From positions 682,001 to 746,000 of the forward strand of contig CM022671.1 in NCBI GenBank assembly GCA_012295275.1: a DNA stretch of 64,000 nucleotides, read 5' to 3'. The translations under genes were made by a program, and so were the position numbers. The notes below the pieces were generated by a model that did not search any database, was not told the DNA's origin, and saw nothing but the letters and a program-made list of their open reading frames with translations. Within the stretch, counting starts at the first letter, position 1; each line of letters opens with the position of its first letter. The DNA comes from Chrysomallon squamiferum (taxonomy: Eukaryota; Animalia; Mollusca). Shown here in pieces: positions 28,819-41,168 of this stretch.

Positions 28819-31800
28819 CTATCCCACCCTATCCCTTTCTCTAACTGTTTTGTCTGTATTTCAATCCTTCTCTGTCTCTCTTTTTATATCTATCTCTTCT
28901 TTTTCAGTTAGATTCTCTTCATCTCTCCTTTTTTTTTTTTTGGCACACAAATATATATGTTAGTGAACTTCACACTTTTTTATCTGAAGCAAGTAAGACA
29001 TGATGTATAATTGTATGTCATATACAATGAGATGTTCTGTCTGATCAAAACTGCAGTGTGTACAATTGATGTGACAGGCTCACATTGTATCTGCTGAAAT
29101 CCTCATCTTTAATCTGCATCACAGATGCCAGATCTTTCTGCAGTAATTAATACATAAGTAACCTGTTGAATGAAAACACCTTTAAGAGCTGTTTCCTTTC
29201 TTTTTTTTTCTTTCATCTTAACATCAAATTAAGACTTGTTTATTATGTAATAATTCAGTGCTGTACTTTGTCTTGTATTATTTATTGTAAATTATTGTAT
29301 TTAGTCTTCACTAATAATTTCTGGATTTGTGTGAATATGCTGGAGGATTCTGTTTGTAAATAAAAACAATTTCACACAGGATAAATTGTTCAGTAAAAAC
29401 AAAACAGTCATAAATTACCTTTTGAAAATCTTATTTTTTTTTCTTCTATTTATGTTTATTTTTGTAATTTATTTTTGTTTTGATTTGTTATGTTTCTGTT
29501 TTATTATTCTTGTAGTGAAAGAAATAGATTTTTTGTTTCACTTTTTTAAATTTAATATTTATTTAATTTTATTTTTATTTATTGTGTGGGCATGTGTATG
29601 TCTTTTTTCTTTTTATCTTCTTTTTTTTTTCAGTTTTGGTTGTTTTTATTTTATTTTATTTGTTTTCAAAGCTTTGTATAGTTCTGTATTTGCCTGCTGA
29701 TGGTTGTTGTTTTGTATGGAGATTAAAGCTTAGTGCAACACCTTGTTGAAACTTTATCAGGTTCTGCTAGAAATATTTATTTAGTGGAGATAATTATTTT
29801 GTAGTTTGCACTTACATGACACCAAAATAAGTCAAATGAAACCTTGTAAATTTTGTTATTCAGAGTAGTTAATTATTAATGAATTTATTTTTTTTTTTTT
29901 TTTTTTTTTAATGTGATTATTCTCATTATTTGTGTATTGCTGTTATTTTTTATTATTATTACAGTACTGTTATTCAGGGTTCATACATTTGGGAAATTCA
30001 TTGCAATGTTTTCTAGGATCTTAAAAGTTTTGGAAAAATCTGGTTTTTGTTTCCTTGACTAAGGAAAATTATGTTGTAAATAAAATGTTTGAAAAACTGG
30101 TTTGTTTCACCAGTATTTAGCCCTGGCCAAACACCCCATTTTAGTCATAATAGCCTTGCCAACAACAAAATGATCCTGTTTGGGTACATATGGGTATAAA
30201 TAAACATTGCCACATAGCTTTGTCTGTGTACTGAAGGGGGGGACATTATCTTATAATTTCTATAGTCTAGCATTAGAAAGTGGTGGATGGGTATTTAATT
30301 TTGACAAAAATTGCATTTGTGTAATATTTGAACAGCCCCTGAGGGTTAGGGTTTAGAGCAATGAATAGAGGGGGGAATTGTCTCAGTAGCAGAATCTCCT
30401 GAGAAAAAAGCAAGTATCACTAATTTAACTAAATCTAATTGTTCAGGAAGAGTGGTGTAAGAAAAAAAAAATGAAATTGTGAAAAAATAAAATGAGAGAA
30501 GTGCAACAGCTAATTCAGACCATAAGGAGTAGAATTTGGGACATTTTAAAGGTTTGGGTTATTAACTAAATAAGAAGACAGGAACACAACAACTTTTTGT
30601 GAAGCAGGACTTCTGTGTTCATATTTCTGACTTATATATCATCATAGTCAAGTCCACTCCAAGAATAAAACTGCTTTTTAAAATGCCAAAATAAATTACA
30701 TTAATTGTTTTATTACTAATAACCCTGCATGTGTACCACATAGATTACTCAAGGCAAAAGTTTTAACTGACAAACATGTCTAAAAACTGCAAAAAAAAAA
30801 ACTTTTGTGTGTGTGATTCAGTTTGCTTGGAATGGTTTTGGAAATTTTGACAGCCCAAGGTGTACAAACCCTGGTTATTATGTTTCTTATTGTTAAAGAG
30901 GCTGTTGTTATTATATTGTTACTTTCATTATTATTATCATCAAAATTATCATTACCATCATCATCATCATTATTACTGTTGTTGTTGTTATTTATTATTA
31001 CTGTTTGCAGTCTGCTTGAAGAAACGACAGTAAAGAAGAAGAAGTCTACAAACATGGAGCCTGTGGACACTCAGAAGTCAGGGCTGCTGGGTGGGGGGAT
31101 GGGTCAGGTGGACATCATGTCCATGCTGACCAAGGCACAGAGTGAATATGACAAAGTAAGAGTTCCTAATTTTGTACATTCACTGTAGACATTTCCACTG
31201 TAGTAAGAGTTCCTGATTTTACACTTTCACTGTAGACATTTCCACTATAGTAAGAGTTCCTGATTTTACACTTTCACTGTAGAAGTTTCCACTGTAGTAA
31301 GAGTTCCTGATTTTACACATTCACTGTAGACATTTCCACTATAGTAAGAGTTCCTGATTTTACCACTGTAGAAGTTTCCACTGTAGTAAGATTCCTGATT
31401 TTACATTTCATATCTTAAGAGTTCCTGATTTTACACTTTCACTGTAGAAGTTTCCACTATAGTGTCTTTCATTTCACACACACATATTTTATTCCACTGT
31501 TTCAGATGATAATATTCTTGTACCAGTGTCTTATTTCATTATATTTTATATAGGTTTTTTTTTTTTTTTTTTATTTTTTTCACCTAGTATCGTTTTTCTT
31601 CTGTACATACCCTCTATTCAGTCACAAGATCAAACCTCTCTAATGTTACTTGTGTCATCTGCTTTATGAAAAGCACTGGAATGTGCTGTTCTGTCTCTTC
31701 AAGATTATATAAACGATTATTTTGTTGTCCAGTATCAGTGGTCTCTAGAGCTTTGATTGTCACAAAAACTGTCTGACTTGCTGATCTAATAAGTAGTGCT

Positions 31801-33112
31801 GAAATGTAATTGAAAATTATTTATTCATGTTTCACTGGCTCGCTTTAACACACAAGTGTTTCTATGTTATCTGAGTTACCTTTTTTCACTTGGTAACTGG
31901 TTATTGATTATTTTATTTATTATAATCAAAGATAAATGTTCCAGTGACACATATTCATAAATAGTGATTATAAATTATTTATTTTGGCATTGAGAAATTT
32001 CCCCAGTTAAGCTGTGAACCTGTATATCTGTCAGATATTAATTTTATAATTATGTTGCCACAGAAAACGGAAATTAACAAAACTAGATATATCATGTATG
32101 TTATTCATAATTATATTTAGTGCACATTCTTCACAAATAGCAATTATATTAAAAATAAGTGTTTTATAAAAAGTTTGCAATAACAATTATATTAAAAATA
32201 AATTTTAAAATATTTTACTGCACTAATATTTTTACATTTGTTTGCTGCTGGTAAGAGTAGCCAGGATGTTGAAGCAGGAGATGTCTCTGTCTTTATTCTT
32301 TAAAATTAAAATACATTGAAGGAATAAAACTATATTTTAAAAATTAATAAAAGCTTTTCCTTTCAATTTCAATTATATATATATACACACAGACACACAC
32401 ACACATATATATGTATATTGTACTGTATTGTAGTTAAAAAATGTTACCATGGCAACCAGTAAATCAGATGCTCCTCGACCAATGACAGATCATCTGAATG
32501 CAGAAACAAAGACTGGTGGATCCAACCTTGTTCGACCTACTCCAGTTAAATACATTTCATCTTCTCCAGGTTTGTTTCAGTCTACATGTATATATAGAGA
32601 CACACACACATACATACATACATACATACATACATACATACATACATACATGTATAATTTTACATTTCATCTTCTCCAGGTTTGTTTCAGTCTACCTATA
32701 TACATAGAGACACACACACATACCCACATATACATACATGTGTAATTTTACATTTCATATTATTTTAAATATTATTTATTCTTTCTTTTTTTTCCTCTTT
32801 TATCTACTTCTTTTCTTCAGTTTTTTAATTGTTTTATTTGTTTTGTATGTAATAGATTTACTAATTAAAATTATTATTTGATTTAGATTATTTTTTATTT
32901 TTGTTTACCTTGTTCAGTAAAAGTACATTAATATTAATTTTAAAATAATAAAAATAGAAAATTAATTTGAGATAATTATCACTGATGTTGACTATTTTTC
33001 AGTGTTCTCGGTTGACACAACACAACCTCCACCCCCATTAAACATAAAACCTGCTGAGTCTGCACCCCAGCCCATGACTCTTGAGGCACTGTTCAGAAAA
33101 GCTAGTCAGAAT

Positions 33113-33147
<35 letters not shown>

Positions 33148-35148
33148 AGGACTGGTTGACGTAGCTGCTGCTGAACTTCCTGATGTCACAAAACCATCTG
33201 TACTACAGAGGTGAGCTGACTTCTTATCATATTTTTAAATTAATTCAATTTTTCTTCTGTAAATTCCATTATTTATTGAGTATCTTTTGAATTTGTTATT
33301 GTTTTTAAAAGTAAAAAATCCTTTATCTTCCTGATTGTCTTGATCTCTTTAGTTCAGTCTGAAAATAACGAACCATTTATATAATATCTATTAAATATCT
33401 GTTATGAGAAAAGGAAAGGTTACAGATATGTTCTTGCACATTAAAGCTGGTATTTCTCAAAGTTTCATCACTTTGTCCACAGGTCTGTTTCTCTGTCTGA
33501 GTCCGAGTCTAAAAGCCGAGAGCCGCTTCATCCAATGCTGCAGCAGCTCATCACCACTGGACCAACAGTGGCCGAAATAGAGCGCCAGCTGACTGACCAC
33601 TCTGACAGGTCAAAGTCACACGACAAAGGACACTCGCCCACAACTCAACAAGACAATCTCATGAAGTTTTCTTCTCCACTGCCTCCGTCTCATCAAGTGT
33701 CGTCCATGCCAAAGTGTCTGGGTGGGGGGACAGAGGGGGGGCTGGATTCGGTGGGGCCGGCCATGTTGGCTGGGCTGGCTAAGATTTCACTGGGTGCCAA
33801 GTCAGAGATGGGAGACTCGCTGCTCAAACCAGAAGATATTGAAGGTGGGGTGACCTTGACCCAGACTGCCAGTAACTTACCTACTAGATCTGTGAGTGCA
33901 CTTTTCTTGTTGTGTCATAGTTCTCTAGCATTTGTTTGTTTGTTTTGTGGCAGTTTTGGGGGGTTATCTAATTTCTAAATTAAAATTTTTAAAGAAAATT
34001 TTCTAAAATGTACAGAAGTAAAACCTTTGTCTAAAATGTGTATTTTACAAGACTAATGTTTTCTAATGTTTTATTTTACTTTCTCTGTTTTCACAGTTGC
34101 TAGGAGACAAGCTGCATGTTGGTTCAACAACAGCAGCTAAATTGTTAAGTGAAAAGACAAAGTCTTTAGAAGAGCCTACATTTCCCGGTCCAACTGCATC
34201 AAAATCTTGTCCTGATGTACTTCTGTCTCCAATGACCTTCACAAAGAAAAAGTCAAGTCCTACAGTAAATACTCTTGGTGTGTCCTCAGTATGTAAGTAA
34301 ACATGTAAAGTATTTATGTAGACTATTATTGTTGTTGTTGTTGATGTTCCATATTTAATCAATATTAAGTAAAGTTTTTTAACGCTTAATATAATTAATT
34401 TTAGATTCTAACATTTTACTAAATTAATATTACTTAGGTGAATTTTAACACAACAATAAAGACAAACATTAAATGTTTTTGGTTTAATTCACAGGTTTTA
34501 AAGACTTCTCTCTATATGTTTGATATTTTAATTATCTGTTTAAACTTCTGTGAATGCTACTTGCAGCATCAGATCGTAGTCATGGCGACAGCTCAGACAC
34601 AAATGTTTCTACAGCTCAAGTGCAACTCTCTCCTCTCACCAAAGATCAGCTTCAACAGGCCATGATATATCTCATCAAGGTCTGTAACACATTTTACATT
34701 TACACATACAACACGTGATAAATAGAAAATATATTTTCAATAATTTTGAACAAAAATGTATTTATTTATTTATTATTTTTATTTTTTATGTAATTATTTA
34801 CTCTACAATTATTTTCAATTTAATCATCTTTGTGATAGTATATATCTTTCAGTTGGCCACAACTCATAACAGCAAAAATGTCCAGTTCTGTTTGGAAATG
34901 TTCTTGCTGCAAAATAGTTTTAAATTTTGATTTTTTTTTTTTTGCTTCACTTATTTTATTTCTTTAACTTACACATGTGAATTACCCAAATCTCTTAATA
35001 TTATTGCATATTTTTAGATAAATTATAGAATCCTCTGAATGAAAATTATTTGTTCACTAACCTCTTTCAGAATGATGCAAATTTCCTTAACTCCATTCAT
35101 GAGGCCTACTTAAGAAGCTTCCATGCAGCAACCTCCTTCAAATCATAG
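13789..35148 (+). CDS. DCP1: mRNA-decapping enzyme 1 (DCP1A/B-like), 5'-partial; join(13789..13916,16930..16993,31011..31155,32434..32569,33003..33210,33483..33891,34097..34292,34567..34679,35071..35148)
   Basis: Spliced translation gives the EVH1 core RSASPLFGFMILNRLGLNNLIEPITKDLEFQVQDPFLLYRNAKNIYGIWFYEKDEC, motif I DIMSMLTKAQSEYDK, an HLM-like TLEALF and the C-terminal trimerisation domain LTKDQLQQAMIYLIKNDANFLNSIHEAYL. All junctions are GT-AG with matching phases. Exons for the N-terminal part of EVH1 were not found in the window. Confidence 0.95.
14548..16372. repeat. Minisatellite, 34-36-bp unit, about 50 copies
   Basis: Unit TGAATAGTCTGTAGTTCACTGCTTCATAGTTCACAG with variants (...GTCTACCTTACTG..., ...CTCCACCTCACTCC...). 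Confidence 0.97.
16930..16993 (+). CDS. DCP1: DCP1 exon, end of EVH1 domain
   Basis: ttctttcag|AT ATT TAT GGT ATT TGG TTT TAT...AAC AG|gtaag; IYGIWFYEKDECACIGKRMN. Confidence 0.93.
17458..17984. promoter_or_regulatory. Cluster of RFX X-box motifs (candidate intronic enhancer)
   Basis: GTTACCATAGCAAC 17458, GTTGCTATGGCAAT 17613, ATTGCCATGACAGC 17757, GTAACCATGGCAGT 17971. Confidence 0.5.
18680..18985 (+). mobile_element. Decayed tRNA-derived SINE relic
   Basis: ATTGGATAATTCTCTTTCCA...GATTGGTTCATCAAAG...AAAGTACTCTTGCTGCTAATTAGTAAAAGTAGCCC resembles, from recall, the conserved body of mollusc SINEs; a related copy lies at 52715-52920. Confidence 0.5.
20219..22600. repeat. Minisatellite, 48/52-bp unit, about 45-50 copies
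   Basis: Unit GACAGTGATAAACCACATGTCAGATCACACAACAC(AGTA)ACTAACACAGCAA with variable AC-rich submodules. Confidence 0.97.
27865..28047. repeat. Degenerate ~28-bp tandem repeat
   Basis: Recurring AAACTGGGTT(C)AGGTA.TTATTAATG-like units. Confidence 0.5.
28725..28816. repeat. Compound (CT)n(CA)n microsatellite
   Basis: Read directly from the sequence. Confidence 0.95.
31011..31155 (+). CDS. DCP1: DCP1 exon, motif I
   Basis: ttgcag|T CTG CTT...GAC AAA|gtaag; ends VDIMSMLTKAQSEYDK. Confidence 0.92.
31156..31463. repeat. Minisatellite, 47-bp unit, about 6.5 copies, starting at a DCP1 splice donor
   Basis: GTAAGAGTTCCTGATTTTACACTTTCACTGTAGACATTTCCACTATA, units at 31156, 31203, 31250 and onward. 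Confidence 0.93.
32434..32569 (+). CDS. DCP1: DCP1 exon, disordered region
   Basis: ttgtag|TTA AAA...CCA G|gtttgt; phases 0 and 1 match both neighbours. Confidence 0.82.
32551..32758. repeat. About 110-bp tandem duplication of an exon end, its donor and a (CATA)n tract
   Basis: TACATTTCATCTTCTCCAGGTTTGTTTCAGTCTAC at 32551 and 32661; a partial third start near 32749. Confidence 0.9.
33003..33210 (+). CDS. DCP1: DCP1 exon with HLM-like motif and polyQ
   Basis: tttttcag|TG TTC...CAG AG|gtgag; PMTLEALFRKASQN(Q)11. Confidence 0.88.
33483..33891 (+). CDS. DCP1: DCP1 exon, disordered region
   Basis: tccacag|G TCT GTT...AGA TCT|gtgag; GC-rich open frame, phases 2 and 0. Confidence 0.87.
34097..34292 (+). 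CDS. DCP1: DCP1 exon
   Basis: ttcacag|TTG CTA GGA...GTA T|gtaagt; contains VLLSPMTF; the phase-1 donor is required by the next exon. Confidence 0.85.
34567..34679 (+). CDS. DCP1: DCP1 exon, start of trimerisation domain
   Basis: ttgcag|CA TCA GAT...CTC ATC AAG|gtctgt; LSPLTKDQLQQAMIYLIK. An alternative in-frame acceptor exists at 34573. Confidence 0.9.
35071..35148 (+). CDS. DCP1: DCP1 last coding exon
   Basis: Branch-like cactaac then ctctttcag|AAT GAT GCA...TCA TAG; NDANFLNSIHEAYLRSFHAATSFKS*. Confidence 0.93.
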   Translation, partial: NDANFLNSIHEAYLRSFHAATSFKS

Positions 35149-38139
35149 CAGACTTCACATTTCAACCAATGGGGTAGAATGGAAGAGTTGTTTCCCCTGA
35201 CAGTTCAGTCTGGAGTTGTCTCCTCTTCTAACATTGCATTACTTGAAGATCTCGCACCATGGTTGTGAACCATGTGATAGAGGCAGCACTTTTTAATAGT
35301 CAAAATAATTGTTGATTTAATACAGCTTACTGAATGAAGAATGTGGGGTTTTTATATACATATATATGTACCAAGAATATAAAAATAGTCTGAGATTATG
35401 AAATTATCTGTATCAAACATAAACTATTAAAGTCATCAGTAGAATTCATTGACTTTTGTTTCTCATTTGTTTTAACTGTTTATTATTATTATCATTATTT
35501 ATTTATTTATTTATTTATTATAGTTTGTTTTATTTTACACTTAAGGTAGATGAATTGATGATGTCAGTAATTGGATTCTACCTCTGTTATTTATTTATGA
35601 ATTTGTTATTATTTATTTTTATTTTTATTTCTATTTTTATTTTTTTATTTTTTTATTATTATTGTTTGTTTTTTTTTTTGGCTGGGAGGGTCATGAGAAT
35701 TTTTTTTTTTTTTTTTTTTTAATCTGGTTCTGTTGGTACAGTAATTAAAAAGGTTTATCTTGTGCTGTTTATTAAACATTGCTTTACTGTATCAGCTAAT
35801 CCTCACTGGAGACATGCCTATAGTTATTAATCATCTGTTATTAGTCTTAAACAATTGATGAATATTTTATATCATCTTCTTAAAGTCTCATACAATACAT
35901 TTTTGTTACTTGATTCATAATTCGTATTGTAAATTTTTTTTTTTTTTTTTTTCATCTTGCTGTTACTTGACTTTATTTAAATGATTCATTATTGATTTTT
36001 CATTTGTTTAGTCTCTTTTCTAAGTAATTTATTACTCATTCAGCATTTCTTCTGAAAAAAAAGATATGTGAATTATTTTACAAAATACACATTTTGTAAA
36101 TAAAATGCTTACTTGCATGAAATTTCAATTTTTCTGTGGTCACACTTTGAAAGTTTATGTTAAAAATATATCTTTTTTTCTTTTTCTACTCTTTTCTTTT
36201 TGGGGCATTTTTGTTTTGGTTTTTTTTGTTTTTTTTTTGTAAATATTCATGCTTCATCTAAATACTGCCAAACATCAGAAAATTCTGGAATAATTAAAAA
36301 TAAATAGTGTATTGGTGACAAAATTAAATGATATTAATATCACAAACTTTAAAAAAAATTGGAGAAGAAGAAGAAAGGGGAAAAAAAGTTTGTTGTGGTG
36401 CTACTCAAGACTTTCTGTTTCAGGATTTGAAAAAATAAATTTAAATAAAACTGCTTGCCTGGACGAAAGTATTACTATCAGTAGCATTCAAATAACTTTT
36501 TTAATTTGTTTTTAAATTTTATTCAAAATTAAATACACTTGTGTCTAAAGTGTTCTCACTAATTCACTAATTTTTTGGAGCTCAGCAGTATTTTGTGCTC
36601 TAGACTAAAGTCTTTCTGAGCAAACAGTCGTATATCTGTGTTATAATTTCACCAATAAATGCATGATGACTTACTGTATTATACCACTGATGTTAAGTTT
36701 TGTATAAAACAGCAGAATTAAAAGATGGTGACTACTGAGTGCTGGTGTGAACATCATTGTGTCCTGTGTTGCTTGTTTTTATATATTTTAATTTTTAGTT
36801 CACATTTGATTTCTCCACTGTTTATTTATTAAAATAAGTTCTCATTTTTTGTAATGTTGTCATTGGTCCAGTAATTGATTTTTGCCTGTTTTTGTGTTAT
36901 ATGAATAATGTATATCAAATATATTTTTACCATCATCATCAGCAGCAGCATCAACATCACTATTTGATGACATTAATTGTGTATGAAAATCTTAGATGTA
37001 ATCTATTTTCAGCTTCTATTTGAAAATACTTGTGATAATAAAATAAATGTAATGTCATTATGTAACTGAATATTGCAAATCAGTACCAAGAGTCACAAAT
37101 CTGTTATTAACTCTTAGTGCTTTTTATGTGAAAAATCCCACAAAACATCTAACATACAACCTTAATCATCATCATCATCATCCCTATGATAATGATCATT
37201 GCAATTGTTGCTATTTTCACAATTCTTCTAATTATTATTATTATTATTTTTTTTTTTTTTGGTAAATTATGATTCCAAGTACTTACAGATGTGAATATAA
37301 ACAACAATATATGTATTACTAACAGGGTCATCTTGTTTTTATAAATGTATAATTACTAAACATCTGTTGAAATTATGTTCTGCAAGCGACTGTGTTAAAT
37401 TTTGTCCATTGTTCTCCAGAATTATCTGTTCATTGAATGTTAAATATTCCACATATGTCTGAGGTGCTTGTGTCACTGCATGTTTTGCTCAAATTGAATT
37501 TATTCAGTGATAATGTACATTGGTGATGTTTTTTAATTTTCACTGCTGTTGCAGTCTTCATTTTCAGACAAAACAAAATGTACATCTTATTTATTCTATA
37601 CTGTGTAAACATTTGCCTGTTTAATTTGCTTATTTATTTCAAATTATATTATTATTTTAAATATTGCTTATTTAATAGTATTTCAGTGTGTTGTTTTCTT
37701 TTATTTAATATGAACAACATGAACTATGAATGATGAAAACAAACAAGTAAATATTTTCAGTTAATTTAAATTCAACATTAAAAGGAAAAACAGATTTCAA
37801 TTTTGATCTGTATATAAAGAAATTAAATACAGAATTTGTAAATTAGTCTTCCTTATTGATTGAATTTTAAAAGAATAAAATCTATTTTCTTATTTTCCTT
37901 TTTAAAAAATAATAAAATAATAATTACATAGCATGGTTATAGAAATTTACATACAAAAATAGTTGCAGTGGTTAGACTGTATCAAACAATGTTCATGCTA
38001 AAAATAAGTTTGTTCATCATTTAGTTGTGAACTGTACAATCATCTGTTAATGAAATTTGATGCTAGTGGTGATTTATGTTTGAAAGTAATTCATGGAATT
38101 ATGTATGAAGATAATCTTCAATTTTTTTTTTTTTTTTTT

Positions 38140-38360
38140 AGTAATTGTTTATGTGTACAAGTTTTCCTTAATATCTGTGTGTTTAAATATTGCTTTGTAA
38201 TTGTTTTATTTGTAAAAATAGTTCTCAGTAATTGTTTTGGTACATGTAGTGCTTGGTAATTGTTTCAGGCAGTCCTTATAATTGTTTTGTGTGTACATTA
38301 TTCCTTAGTAATTGTTTGTGAGTACAAATAGTCCTTGGTAATTGTTTATGTGTACAAGTA
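38140..38360. repeat. Degenerate ~30-bp tandem repeat
   Basis: Recurring GTAATTGTTT..GTGTACA...TCCTT units. Confidence 0.7.
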
Positions 38361-38489
38361 TTTATGTTATTCTGTATGTATTAAAAAGTAATCTACAGTA
38401 GTAGATAAATGAACAGTTTTTGATAATCATTTAATTTTTTTTTTTTTTTTTATATATATTTTTTTTAATTTTTTTTATTATTATTACAA

Positions 38490-38523
<34 letters not shown>

Positions 38524-40860
38524 TTTTTTTTGTATGGAATAGTTTCATGTTTATATATAAGTATGTTAACAATTGTTTTCAATATCTTTTATTCAGATAA
38601 GTTAAAAATTCAATGAAAATTCTGGTAATGTTGAAAATAAGAAGTCAGTCATTGTTGGATGTTTGAAGATTTGTTTCATGCTTGAACTTGCTAAGATGTA
38701 AGCATGTTTAAGACAGCTCATTGATATGAGATTTTTTTGTTAAACTTTTTTATGAACAACTTAGAATTTAATATTACCTGTTTTGTGCAACAGTGAGGTT
38801 TTTTGTGAATATTTTAGTTACTAAATTATGTTGTTTTTAACACTGATCATTTGCCAGTGCCAGTTGCATGCTTTCTTAAGTTAATATCAAACTTGGGTTT
38901 CATTGTTTATCAAATAAAAATTTAATGTTTCATTCAAATAGAAATATGTTAAATGTTTTTTTTCTTTGTGTATCTAAGACTGAAGTATTATTAATTGATT
39001 AGAGTTAATTCAGTGGCTGACATAAGAATGTAGGTGTTTTGTAAGCTTGGTTTATAGCAAGTGTAGTATTGTTTACAGGTTGCTGATATTGTCAAGTCTT
39101 TCATGTTCCTGTGTTTGTGTGATTATTAAATTACATTGTACTTTTTGTTATTTTAATTTAATTATTTATTTTTTTTTTTTTTTTTTTCTTGAACATTTTT
39201 AAAAGTAAAAGTTAGACAGTAACCCAACAACTGCATAAATGTAAAATATTTTTTATTATAATAGAAAATGAAGTATGTCAGTATTAACTTAACATTTGTA
39301 ACTAGAAGAATAATCAAAAATGTTTTGTTTAAAATAAATATGTTGATATGAATGTATGTGCATCTGATTGGTGTATTGGTGTGATTGTTATTGATGTAGT
39401 GAATGTAATAATGTGTGTGTGAGTGATATGAATGTTTGTTATTGATACACTAATAGTCTTTGTATACAGATTTATCATGTAAATGAACAAAAAGTGTATT
39501 CAGCTGCAGCATGACTTGGAATGGAAAACGCTGATATTAACTATTACATTTGTTGCTTCATGAATCATTTAGTTTTATAATTATTGCGAGCTTAAACTTT
39601 ACTTATATAACAAGTGTCTTAAATACAAAAGTGTTGAAAAAATTATAGCACATTTCTTTGTTATTTTTGTTATATGTCTCAAATTAAATGTTGCATGTTT
39701 GCTTAATCTAACAAGGCCATAATAAAAGAACAGATACAACTAATCAGGCAATCACATGTACAGGACAATAAACATTAACGTAAGATGAATTTGAAGTTTG
39801 TGCACTTTACCTATCAGTTTCTAAACATATGCATATAAATGTTAGCATAGAGTACTGTAATGTAGTAGAGTGATAGTAATGATTCATTCCAAAGTAAAAT
39901 TTATTGTGGTGCTAAATTCCTCATTTAGAATTGTTGAAATGCATGTTTGCATAAATTATTATTTTTGTCATGAATAAAATTCTGTGTACATTTTTGTTTC
40001 CACTTTTATAAAGGTAGAAAAAATATAGAAGTTATTTAAAATTCTTTATCATTTCTTTTGAAATAAGAATTTAAATTAATAACTAGATGTGTAGTTAAAT
40101 ATGTTTTTTTTTAATTATTCTAATGTATTTGAATGTCTTTTTTTTTTAATAATTTACATTTGCTTGTTTTTTCTGTTCTTTTTCATGTCTTCCAATATGT
40201 GAAGTTATATGTAGAATTTTAAATAATTCTGTTTTCTTATAGTTCATTGACTTTTTTATATTTTACTATGTAAATGTCATTAACTGCATTGAGAATTTAA
40301 AAAAAGAAAGAAATATAAACATAATGAAAATGTTCCTTTTTTTTATTAATAAATATTTTTTCCTGATTACAAATAAGCTAAATAATATAAAATATTAATA
40401 TTTTGTTATCAAAGAGAAATTATATATATATATATATTATATATATTTGGACAAATAAAGCAAATAAAATATTTGATTATTTACAAATTAAAGTTGTAAA
40501 ATCAAATGCAATGAAGTATCCAAAAAAAACAAAAAATGTTATTGCTCATGAAAACATATTTAAAAAAAACAACATTTTGTTGTATTGTTAACAAATATTA
40601 TTTTCTCCCATTTTTTATTTTTTTTTTTTTTTTTTTTTTTGAACATTTTCAGTTTTATTTGTAATATCAATGATGCATAGGTGATAATATTTATTTTGCC
40701 AGTGACAATGGATACATATCATAAAATGTAATGTGAATTTCATTTGTATTTTATTTGTATTGTATTTGCTCTTGGTATTTTTATTTTATCATTATGCTGA
40801 TAACCCTTACTCTTTTTTTCTTTTTTAATTTTTTTTTTTTTTTTAGTATTATTGTTGGTG

Positions 40861-40902
<42 letters not shown>

Positions 40903-41103
40903 GTTATTTTAATCATTTTAAATAATGTAGATCATCTACTTATTAAGCCTAGATATCAGATAATTATTGATATTCTGCTGTATAATGCTTGAGTTAAAAT
41001 AATTTATTATCCTTAGCAGTTTTAGCCAAATTATTTTTATATTTATCACCAGTAGTTCATTTCCCTTTCAGGATTTTATTTTAGATTTGATTTCTTTTTA
41101 TTA

Positions 41104-41107
<4 letters not shown>

Positions 41108-41168
<61 letters not shown>
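41108..41168. repeat. (TTA)n microsatellite, one of many in the window
   Basis: Read directly from the sequence; similar tracts near 8930, 40862 and 41556. Confidence 0.93.

Noticed and set aside
30341-30356. GGGTTAGGGTTTAG telomere-like motif
   Set aside because: Only about two units; probably part of a decayed repeat
29976-30727. Possible hAT MITE (CAGGGTT...AACCCTG)
   Set aside because: Only a 7-bp inverted match and no 8-bp TSD
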